Source: Candidatus Cloacimonadota bacterium
GTDB taxonomy: Bacteria > Cloacimonadota > Cloacimonadia > G963667145
Direction of reading: 5' to 3'
Length of the DNA: 64,000 nt
Assembly (NCBI GenBank): GCA_963676615.1
Contig: OY781092.1
Span: 352,001-416,000, forward strand
Below are positions 10,235-18,497 of the stretch, in pieces. Each line of letters starts with the position of its first letter. Positions within the stretch are counted from its first letter, which is position 1. The position numbers were made by a program, and so were the translations under genes. Under the pieces are notes generated by a model. It had not been told where the DNA came from, made no database searches, and saw nothing but the letters and a program-made list of their open reading frames with translations.

Positions 10235-11016
10235 ATGTTTTCAGTTTTGCCAAAATGAAGAAAAAAGGTGTGCCGATTTCGATGGTGACGGCGTATGACA
10301 GCTCGAGTGCGGCGATTGTGCAGGCGGCGGATGTCGATTGCATTTTGGTTGGCGATTCTCTGGCGATGACCATGCACGGGCAAAAAAGCACGCTGGGAGC
10401 GAGCGTGCAGATGATGAGTTTGCACACGAAGGCGGTGCGGCAAGGGGCGTCGGACGCTTTTATCGTGGGAGATTTGCCGTTTTTGAGCTATCGCAAAGGG
10501 CTTGCGCAGGCGATGGATGCTGTGCAGGCGATTATGCAGGCTGGGGCGAACGCCGTGAAGCTAGAGGGCGTGCGAGGTTCGGAGCAGATAATTGCGCATA
10601 TCGTGGAGTCTGGCGTGCCAGTGATGGGGCATTTGGGGCTTGTGCCGCAGTCTGTGAACGGGCTGGGCGGTTATCGGGTGCAGGGCAAGAGTAAATTGCA
10701 AGAGGAGATTTTGCTGCAGGATGCGCTGGAACTGCAACGGCTGGGCTGTTTTGCGGTTGTGCTGGAGTGCGTGCCGTCGGAAGTTGGCAAAAAAGTTTCG
10801 CAGGAGTTGAAAATCCCCACAATTGGCATCGGAGCAGGTAGCGATTGTGACGGACAAGTGCTGGTTTGGCAAGATTTGCTGGGGATTAACAAGGAGTTTC
10901 AGCCGAAATTTGTGCGGAAATATTTGAGCGGATTTGAGCTGATGAGAGACGCGTTGAACAGCTACAATCGTGATGTGAAAAGCCGCAATTTTCCGTCTGA
11001 AGAAGAGGGTTTTTGA
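10231..11016 (+). CDS. panB: 3-methyl-2-oxobutanoate hydroxymethyltransferase
   Basis: TAYD, LVGDSL, AVKLEG, MGHLGL.PQ, IGIGAG, DGQVLV. Confidence 0.97.
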   Translation: MNVFSFAKMKKKGVPISMVTAYDSSSAAIVQAADVDCILVGDSLAMTMHGQKSTLGASVQMMSLHTKAVRQGASDAFIVGDLPFLSYRKGLAQAMDAVQAIMQAGANAVKLEGVRGSEQIIAHIVESGVPVMGHLGLVPQSVNGLGGYRVQGKSKLQEEILLQDALELQRLGCFAVVLECVPSEVGKKVSQELKIPTIGIGAGSDCDGQVLVWQDLLGINKEFQPKFVRKYLSGFELMRDALNSYNRDVKSRNFPSEEEGF

Positions 11017-11771
11017 TGAAAATTGTTAGGTCTATTACGCAGTGGCGCGAGATTTTTGGAGGTTTGCAAGGCAAGAGCGTGGGCTTTGTGCCGACGATGG
11101 GCTATCTGCATCAGGGGCACATCAGTCTGGTCGAGCGCTCCAAGGCGGAAAATCAGATTACGGCGGTGTCGATTTTTGTGAATCCGACGCAGTTCAACAA
11201 TCAGGAAGATTTGCAGCGTTATCCAGTGAATGTGCAGGACGACACGCTGCAGTTGCAAGATTTGGGCGTCGATTATCTGCTTTTGCCGGACTATGGGGAG
11301 CTGTATTGCGACGATTATCGCTATAAGGTAAGCGAAAATCAGTATTCGCTGGATTTGTGCGGAGCCACGCGCCCTGGGCATTTCGACGGCGTGTTGACGG
11401 TGGTTCTCAAACTTTTGAATATCACCAAAGCCACTCGAGCCTATTTTGGGCAGAAAGATTGGCAGCAGTTTCAGCTGGTGCGGGGGATGGCGAGCGCGTT
11501 CTTTTTGGATACGGAAATTGTTGGGTGTCCGACTGTGCGGGAAGACAGCGGGTTGGCGCTTAGCTCTCGCAATAAGTTGCTTACGCCAGAGCACAAAAAA
11601 ATCGCGCCGCAGTTGCACGAGATTATCAGCGGGAAAAACTCGCTGGCAGAAAAGTGGAAGATGCTGGAAGCGGCAGGCTTTCAGGTCGATTATTTGACAA
11701 AAAAAGAGGGGAGAATTTTTGTGGCAGCGTTTTTGGGAAAAGTGAGGTTGATAGATAATGTCGGAGTCTAA
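11016..11771 (+). CDS. panC: Pantoate--beta-alanine ligase
   Basis: VPTMGYLHQGH, SIFVNPTQF, RPGHFDGV, FGQKDWQQ, GLALSSRN, RLIDN. Confidence 0.97.
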   Translation: MKIVRSITQWREIFGGLQGKSVGFVPTMGYLHQGHISLVERSKAENQITAVSIFVNPTQFNNQEDLQRYPVNVQDDTLQLQDLGVDYLLLPDYGELYCDDYRYKVSENQYSLDLCGATRPGHFDGVLTVVLKLLNITKATRAYFGQKDWQQFQLVRGMASAFFLDTEIVGCPTVREDSGLALSSRNKLLTPEHKKIAPQLHEIISGKNSLAEKWKMLEAAGFQVDYLTKKEGRIFVAAFLGKVRLIDNVGV

Positions 11772-12294
11772 AATTTTGGTCTGCATAAGCGGATCTATTG
11801 CGGCGTGCAAGGCTACAGAGCTTGTGTCGCTGCTAAAGAAAAACGGATTTTTGGTAAAAGTTGTGGCGACAGATTGTGCGCTGGAGTTTGTGGGTAGGGC
11901 GAGTTTGGAGGCTTTGTCGGGCGACAAAGTTTACACGCAGATGTTCGCCGAGTCGCAAAAAATTCATCACATAAATTTGGTGGAATGGGCAGATTTGATT
12001 GTGGTCTATCCCGCTTCGGCGGCTACAGTGGCGCGGCTTCGTGTGGGTCTTGCCGAAGATTTGCTCACCGCTTGTTTTGTGGCGAACAATTTTCGCAAGC
12101 CGTATTTGGTCGTGCCGTCGATGAACGCAAATATGTTTGCGCATCCAGCCGTGCAGGAAAATTTGCAGGTGCTCCAAAATTGGGGCGCAAAGGTGGTTGA
12201 GCCAGCCTCGGGGGAGCTTGCTTGCGGGACGAGCGGAAAAGGCAGAGCGCCTGAGCCGCGCGAGATTTTGGCGCTAATTCAGGAAGCTCTGTGA
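11758..12294 (+). CDS. coaC: Phosphopantothenoylcysteine decarboxylase (stand-alone flavoprotein)
   Basis: SGSIAACK, HINLVEWADL, PSMNANM, GELACGTSGKGR. Confidence 0.88.
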   Translation: MSESKILVCISGSIAACKATELVSLLKKNGFLVKVVATDCALEFVGRASLEALSGDKVYTQMFAESQKIHHINLVEWADLIVVYPASAATVARLRVGLAEDLLTACFVANNFRKPYLVVPSMNANMFAHPAVQENLQVLQNWGAKVVEPASGELACGTSGKGRAPEPREILALIQEAL

Positions 12295-12968
12295 AAATTT
12301 TGATAACTTCGGGAGCCACGCGCGAGCCTATCGACGGTGTGCGTTTTATCACCAATTTTGCTAGCGGAAAAACGGGCTGTGTGCTGGCGGAATTTATGGC
12401 GAAAAAATCTCACGATGTCGTTTATTTGCACGGCGTTGGAGCGAAAAAGCCCGCAGAGAGTGTGCGAACTTGCGAGTTTGTTACTTTTGCCGATTTGGAA
12501 TTAAAGCTGCAAAATTTTTTGCGGGCAGAAGATTTTGATGCGGTGGTTCATCTGGCGGCAGTTGGCGATTTTTCTTTGAGCAAAATTGAGCTGGAGGACG
12601 GTAGTTTTTTGGATAAAAATTTGGCTGGCAAGCTAGATTCGGCACAAAATATTAAGTTGCATTTGCAACGAAATCACAAGATTTTACCGCAGATTAAATC
12701 TTTTGCAAAAAAAGGGAGTTCGCCTTTTGTGGTCGGCTTTAAACTCACAAATTTTGCCGACGATGCGGAGATTGAAAAAAAAATGGAGAAGATTTTTGCT
12801 GCTGGCGGAGTCGATTTGGTGGTGCAAAATGATAAGAGCAAAATTCAGGGCGAGTTTCATCCAGCGGTGATTTATCGGAGCTGCCAAAATATTGTGGCAA
12901 AGGCGCAGAGCAAGCAGGATTTGGCGGCAAAATTGTTGGAAATTTTGGAAGGAGAAAAGAGCAGATGA
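12291..12968 (+). CDS. coaB: Phosphopantothenate--cysteine ligase (stand-alone)
   Basis: ILITSGATREPIDGVRFITNFASGKTG, HLAAVGDF, VGFKL; GTG start overlapping the coaC stop. Confidence 0.88.
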   Translation: MKILITSGATREPIDGVRFITNFASGKTGCVLAEFMAKKSHDVVYLHGVGAKKPAESVRTCEFVTFADLELKLQNFLRAEDFDAVVHLAAVGDFSLSKIELEDGSFLDKNLAGKLDSAQNIKLHLQRNHKILPQIKSFAKKGSSPFVVGFKLTNFADDAEIEKKMEKIFAAGGVDLVVQNDKSKIQGEFHPAVIYRSCQNIVAKAQSKQDLAAKLLEILEGEKSR

Positions 12969-13735
12969 GGCTGTGTTTAGATTTTGGGAACTCCCAGCTT
13001 TTTGGGGGTTTGGTGCAAGAGACTAAGATTTTGTTTCGGTTTCGCAAAAGTATGAGCAAGGGCATTTCGTCGGACGAAATGGGAATTTTTTTGCGGTCTG
13101 TTTTGCGGGAAAATGGCTACGATCCGAGCAAAGTTGGGCAGATTGTTTTTTGCAGCGTGACGCCAGAGGTGAACCATTCGGTGAAAAATAGTTGTCAGAA
13201 CTATTTTGGGATAAATCCGCTGGCTTTGGAGCCGGGCGTGCGAACGGGCTTGCAGATTAAGTATGCAAATCCTGCCGAAGTCGGCGCAGACAGAATTGCG
13301 GGGGCTTTGGGCGCTTGCGAGCGTTATCCAGGGCGGAATGTGATTATCGTCGATTTGGGGACTGCGACCACTTTTGATGTTTTGAGCAGTAGCAAGGAGT
13401 ATCTGGGCGGAGTCATTATTCCCGGGATGTCGATTGCGATGCGCTCGCTGGAGCAGCACACTTCCAAATTGCCGAAAGTGGAGATTGTTCGTCCGCAAAA
13501 TATCTGCGGAAAGTCAACTGTGCAGAGCATTCAAGCGGGTTTGTATTATGGAAATTTGGGGGCAATCAAGAAGGTTTGCCAAGAGATTAAATTGAGCGTT
13601 TTTTCTGGTGAAGAGGTGATGGTGCTTGGCACGGGCGGTTTTTCGGGACTTTTTGCCGAAGAGGGCGTTTTTGACGAAATTGATAAAGATTTGGTTTTGC
13701 GCGGGCTGATCAAATTGGAGGAGTTGAACAGATGA
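12965..13735 (+). CDS. coaX: Type III pantothenate kinase
   Basis: [31 protein letters not shown]. Confidence 0.95.
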   Translation: MRLCLDFGNSQLFGGLVQETKILFRFRKSMSKGISSDEMGIFLRSVLRENGYDPSKVGQIVFCSVTPEVNHSVKNSCQNYFGINPLALEPGVRTGLQIKYANPAEVGADRIAGALGACERYPGRNVIIVDLGTATTFDVLSSSKEYLGGVIIPGMSIAMRSLEQHTSKLPKVEIVRPQNICGKSTVQSIQAGLYYGNLGAIKKVCQEIKLSVFSGEEVMVLGTGGFSGLFAEEGVFDEIDKDLVLRGLIKLEELNR

Positions 13736-14073
13736 TAGTAGAGATGTTGAAGGCGAAATTGCACAGAGCGACGGTGACCGACGCGGATTTGAACTACGAA
13801 GGCTCGATTTCGATCGACACGAAGCTTTGCAAGGAGGCAGGTTTGCTGCTGAACGAAAAAGTGGATGTGCTGAATATCGATAACGGCGCTCGTTTTTCGA
13901 CTTATGTGATTGCGGGCAAAGACGGCGAGATTTGCTTGAACGGCGCTGCGGCGCGGCTTGTGCAAAAGGGCGACAAGGTGATAATCGTGGCGTATTGTCA
14001 GATGGAGCAGGAGCTTGCCAAGGCGCACATTCCCAAAGTTGTGCATCTGGATGCGAAAAATCGGGTGAAGTGA
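13732..14073 (+). CDS. panD: Aspartate 1-decarboxylase
   Basis: [16 protein letters not shown] (G/S cleavage site), NGAAARL. Confidence 0.97.
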   Translation: MIVEMLKAKLHRATVTDADLNYEGSISIDTKLCKEAGLLLNEKVDVLNIDNGARFSTYVIAGKDGEICLNGAAARLVQKGDKVIIVAYCQMEQELAKAHIPKVVHLDAKNRVK

Positions 14074-14230
14074 TTTTTTGGGCGACGATTTTTCATTTTG
14101 ATGCTGGTCAAATATTTTGTCAAAAGTGCTAGACAAAATGTGCGGTCTGATTTTCTGATGGAAAACGGTTGATTGGCGAAGTTTTGTTTGAATTTTAGAC
14201 GAAAAAAAAGGAAATTGAAGGAGATAAAAA

Positions 14231-16483
14231 ATGAATGTGATACCTAGTTTGTGGTATTTGGCGCCAGCTGGAGCTTTGATTGCTCTTATTTTTGCGTATG
14301 TGATTTTTTTGGGAGTGAAAAAATTGCCAGCGGGGAACCAAACGATGGAAACCATTGGAAGGCATGTCCGAGAGGGCTCGTTTGCTTATCTGAAGCAGCA
14401 ATACAAGGGCGTGGGCATCTTTTTTGCGATAGCTTTTGTTGTTTTTAATATTATGGCTTGGGGGATGGATGTGCTGCATCCGCTGGTGCCTTGGGCTTTT
14501 TTGACTGGCGGAATTTTGAGCGGCTTGGCTGGATTTTTTGGAATGAATACCGCGACAATCGCCTCTGTGAAGACAGTGCAGTCGGCAACCAAAAGTATGG
14601 ACTCAGCCTTGAAAGTGGCTTTCCGTGCTGGCGGAGTGATGGGTTTGGTCGTGGTCGGCTTGGCTTTGACGGACATCTGTCTGAAATTTTTTGCGCTCAA
14701 CTGGTTTGGGTTTGATTTGCAAATGATTACCACGATAATGCTCGCTTCGGCAATGGGTGCTTCTACGCAAGCGCTTTTCGCTCGTTTGGGCGGAGGAATT
14801 TACACCAAAGCAGCCGATGTTGGCGCAGACCTCGTGGGCAAAGTTGAGGCTGGCATTCCCGAAGACGATCCGCGCAACCCAGCGACGATTGCCGACAATG
14901 TGGGCGATAATGTGGGTGATGTAGCGGGAATGGGCGCAGATTTATACGAATCTTACACGGGCTCGATTTTGGCTACGGCGATTTTGGGTTTTTCCGCTGC
15001 GGCAAAACTCGGAGCAGATGCGATGAATTTTGTTATCGCGCCGATGGTTTTGGCTGGAGTCGGCGCAATTTTGGCGATTGTGGGAATTTATCTTGTTTCC
15101 ACAAAAGAGGGCGCGTCGATCAAAGAGCTTATGGCGAGCCTGAACAAAGGCGTTCATGTGAGCTCGGTTTTGATAGTCGTTGCCGCATATTTCGTCACCG
15201 ATTTGCTGCTTCCTGCCGAGCTATCTTTGGGAATTTTCTTCGCTTCTGTAATCGGTTTGGTTGCTGGAATTTTGGTTGGATATTTTACCGAAAGATACAC
15301 CTCCGACGCTTATGCACCCACTAGAGGCATCGCCAAACAAGGCAGCTTCGGCCCTGCAACGGTGATTATCGACGGACTTGCTGTGGGAATGCAATCGACT
15401 TTCGCCTCTGTTTTGGTAATCGTCGTGGCAATCATCGCCGCTTTCAGCGTTTCTGGCGGATTTACGCAAATGGAGTTCGGGCTCTACGGAATCGGCTTTG
15501 GCGCTGTAGGGATGCTCTCCACTTTGGGCGTAACTTTGGCGATGGACGCTTTTGGACCGATTGCCGACAACGCAGGCGGAAACGCCGAGATGAGCGGTTT
15601 GTCAGAAGAGGTCAGGAAACGCACCGACGCGCTGGACTCTGTGGGGAACACCACCGCCGCAACTGGCAAGGGATTTGCTATCGGTTCTGCGGCTCTCACC
15701 GCGATGGCGCTTTTGGCTTCATACATCGAGCAAATCAGAATCGGCTTTTTGGACTCGCAACAAGAAACTTTCACGGTGGTTTATTCCAGCGGCGTGCGCG
15801 AGGTAATCTCCGTCACCAAAGCTGGTATCGCCGATTTTGTGAACTACTACAACATTTCTTTGATGAACCCGAAAGTTCTTTGCGGCTTGTTCATCGGGGC
15901 GATGGTCTCGTTCGTTTTTGCGGCGATGACGATGAAATCTGTCGGACGCGTTGCCTCTGATATGGTCGCCGAAGTGCGAAGACAGTTTCGTGAAATTGTC
16001 GGCATCTTGGACGGCAAAGCGACTCCCGACTACGCTCGTTGCGTGGAAATTTCGACGATTGGCGCTCAAAGAGAGATGGTCGCACCGGCGCTTTTGGGCA
16101 TCCTCACACCGATTGTGGTTGGCTTGATTTTGGGCGTTCCTGGCGTAATGGGGCTGCTTGTTGGCGGTCTTGCCACTGGTTTTGCGCTGGCGATTATGAT
16201 GAACAACGCTGGTGGAGCTTGGGACAACGCCAAAAAGTTCATCGAAGCGGGCAACTATGGCGGCAAAGGCTCAGATTCGCACAAAGCGTGCGTGGTTGGC
16301 GACACCGTCGGCGATCCGTTCAAAGACACCTCTGGTCCGTCGATTAACATCTTGATTAAACTGATGTCGATGGTCTCTATCGTCTTTGCTGGACTGGTGA
16401 TAGCCTACTCTCCGATGATCGAGAGCTTGTATAGCCAATCTCCGCAAGATCAGGCGACGGTCGTGCAAGCCGACGAAAGATAA
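14231..16483 (+). CDS. hppA: Membrane-integral K+-stimulated, Na+-translocating pyrophosphatase
   Basis: DVGADLVGKVE, DNVGDNVGD, ADLYESY, GNTTAA (K+-dependent type), GDTVGDPFKD. Confidence 0.95.
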   Translation: MNVIPSLWYLAPAGALIALIFAYVIFLGVKKLPAGNQTMETIGRHVREGSFAYLKQQYKGVGIFFAIAFVVFNIMAWGMDVLHPLVPWAFLTGGILSGLAGFFGMNTATIASVKTVQSATKSMDSALKVAFRAGGVMGLVVVGLALTDICLKFFALNWFGFDLQMITTIMLASAMGASTQALFARLGGGIYTKAADVGADLVGKVEAGIPEDDPRNPATIADNVGDNVGDVAGMGADLYESYTGSILATAILGFSAAAKLGADAMNFVIAPMVLAGVGAILAIVGIYLVSTKEGASIKELMASLNKGVHVSSVLIVVAAYFVTDLLLPAELSLGIFFASVIGLVAGILVGYFTERYTSDAYAPTRGIAKQGSFGPATVIIDGLAVGMQSTFASVLVIVVAIIAAFSVSGGFTQMEFGLYGIGFGAVGMLSTLGVTLAMDAFGPIADNAGGNAEMSGLSEEVRKRTDALDSVGNTTAATGKGFAIGSAALTAMALLASYIEQIRIGFLDSQQETFTVVYSSGVREVISVTKAGIADFVNYYNISLMNPKVLCGLFIGAMVSFVFAAMTMKSVGRVASDMVAEVRRQFREIVGILDGKATPDYARCVEISTIGAQREMVAPALLGILTPIVVGLILGVPGVMGLLVGGLATGFALAIMMNNAGGAWDNAKKFIEAGNYGGKGSDSHKACVVGDTVGDPFKDTSGPSINILIKLMSMVSIVFAGLVIAYSPMIESLYSQSPQDQATVVQADER

Positions 16484-16505
16484 GCTTTTTTGCAATAAAA
16501 TAATC

Positions 16506-16541
16506 ACCGACTTCGTCAAAACGGCGAAGTCGGTTTTTTTT
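16506..16541 (+). terminator. Intrinsic terminator after hppA
   Basis: ACCGACTTCGTC-AAAAC-GGCGAAGTCGGT stem followed by a T run. Confidence 0.85.
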
Positions 16542-16574
16542 GTGGGGAAATGGGAAAGCTCCCTAAAATTTTAA

Positions 16575-16603
16575 TTGACATCAAAGGAACTCTCTTTTTT
16601 TTG
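16575..16603 (+). promoter_or_regulatory. Putative promoter, TTGACA-N17-TTTTTG
   Basis: Perfect -35 hexamer between the terminator and the next operon; matches the recurring motif. Confidence 0.5.
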
Positions 16604-16673
16604 ATAAGAGTTTGAAAGCGTTGTAGTTATCGCATTTTAAATGTAATATTTTTTTTGGGAAAGGTAAAATATT

Positions 16674-18467
16674 TTGAACAATAAAAATTTCGTCCTATTT
16701 TTGCTGTTTTGTCTATTTTTTAGTTTTGGTTGGTCTGCCAAAAAACAGGAGACCACGATTTATCAAGACTGGAAAAAGTCAGCGTCGAAGTATCAAATCA
16801 CCAAAGAGCTTTTCAAGGCTGTTTTTGATGTGCAAGAGAAAGAGAAAAAAAGCTCGCGAGATCGAAACAATGTGGTCTCGAGTGCGCAAAGATTTCAAAA
16901 ATACGCTGGCGAGAGAATTAGACGGATCTACATTCGCCAAAAAGATGTTTTTAGCGGAAAAGATTTTTTGTCGCGCCTTGGCAACAACGCTCACATAAAC
17001 ACGCGAGAGTTTATCATTCGCAACAACTTGTTTTTTCAGGAGTATTCGATTGTCAATCCAGAGCTTTTGGCGGAAAACGAAAAATATCTAAGCGATTTGT
17101 CTTACATCAAAGACGCAAAAATTTACTTAATTCCAGTCAAGGGGAGCAAAACTTTGGTCGATTTGGTGCTAGAAATCCGCGATAAATGGGCTGTCGGTGT
17201 TATTGGAGCTTTGACAAATCAGGACAAGTTCCGCATCGGCGTGTATGACAAAAACTTTTTGGGACTCGGCAACGAATTTGATTATAAAACCAGATACAAC
17301 AAGACGACAGACCCGCAATGGGGCAACGATTTTTCTTACACAATTCGCAATGTTGACCAAAGTTTTATGGACTTAACTGTCGATTTTAAAGACGATTACA
17401 GCCAAACGAAATACGGCGGAAGTTTGAATAGGGGCTACATTTCTGGCAAAAAATATGGCGGCGGAGTCTCGTGGCATATCACCGAAGAGAAAGAGCAAGA
17501 ATCAAAAAACGACAGCGTGACGACGGTTACGACGCCCAAAAGCAAAAGTGAAAACCTCGATTTTTGGATGGGCCGCAAGTTCGATTTGCGCAAAAGTTTT
17601 CTCGGATTTAATCAGCTTGCAGTGGCAGCAAGGCAGTTCTCCAAAGATTACGAGATTCGCCCAGATGGCGTGACGAGCGACACCCTGCGCGTTTATCACG
17701 ACATCAACTATTTTCGGCTGGTTTCGTTTAGTATGAGCAAGCAAGATTTTTACAGCAGTAGCCTGATTTACGGCTTTGGTGTGACGGAGTATATCCCATA
17801 CGGCAAAAATTTTGAGATTGTTTACGGACGCGAGAGTGGCGAGTTTATCAAGCGCGATTATGCGGGCATCTCCTATGCGCAAGGGAAATTTTACAAAAAT
17901 GTCGGCTATTTATACAACAAAATTGCGCTGGGCGGTTTTTGCATCGTTGACGAAAACGATTTTGAAGATTTGACGCTGCGGATGCAGACTTCTTACTTCA
18001 GTTTGCTCTATAAATGGGGCGAATATTACACGCGTTATTTTGCCAATTTGGATTATGTGACGAGCCTAAATCGGGCGCTGGAAGACAGCATCGGAGTGAG
18101 CGACGAGGAGATACGGGGGCTTAGCTGGAGCAAAAAAGGGGAGCAAAAAATGATCCTCAGCACCGAGATGGTGACTTTTGCACCGTGGGATTTGGTCGGT
18201 TTCCGCTTTGCGTTTTTCGCTTTTGCCGACGGCGGCTATCTGGCTTCAAACGAAAATATCGTCGTGGGCGGCTCTTTTGCCTCGAGTATTGGTCTGGGTG
18301 TGAGGATTCGCAACGAAAATTTAGTGTTTAAAACTTTACAGCTTCGGCTTGCTTATTTCCCTGTGCAACAAGAGGACGGCGAGTATCAATTCCGTTTGTC
18401 GGGCGAAAAAGATTATTCGCTGCCGAGTTTGGACGCAAGTATGCCGGGCGTAATTCAGTATTATTAA
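16674..18467 (+). CDS. Omp85/TamA-like outer-membrane beta-barrel protein with a POTRA-like region
   Basis: Signal peptide, TREFIIRNNLFF POTRA-like segment, DKNFLGLG barrel start, C-terminal FADGG...GLGVRI strands. Confidence 0.6.
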   Translation: MNNKNFVLFLLFCLFFSFGWSAKKQETTIYQDWKKSASKYQITKELFKAVFDVQEKEKKSSRDRNNVVSSAQRFQKYAGERIRRIYIRQKDVFSGKDFLSRLGNNAHINTREFIIRNNLFFQEYSIVNPELLAENEKYLSDLSYIKDAKIYLIPVKGSKTLVDLVLEIRDKWAVGVIGALTNQDKFRIGVYDKNFLGLGNEFDYKTRYNKTTDPQWGNDFSYTIRNVDQSFMDLTVDFKDDYSQTKYGGSLNRGYISGKKYGGGVSWHITEEKEQESKNDSVTTVTTPKSKSENLDFWMGRKFDLRKSFLGFNQLAVAARQFSKDYEIRPDGVTSDTLRVYHDINYFRLVSFSMSKQDFYSSSLIYGFGVTEYIPYGKNFEIVYGRESGEFIKRDYAGISYAQGKFYKNVGYLYNKIALGGFCIVDENDFEDLTLRMQTSYFSLLYKWGEYYTRYFANLDYVTSLNRALEDSIGVSDEEIRGLSWSKKGEQKMILSTEMVTFAPWDLVGFRFAFFAFADGGYLASNENIVVGGSFASSIGLGVRIRNENLVFKTLQLRLAYFPVQQEDGEYQFRLSGEKDYSLPSLDASMPGVIQYY

Positions 18468-18497
18468 GAAAAAACAAAAAAATAGATTGAGATTATT

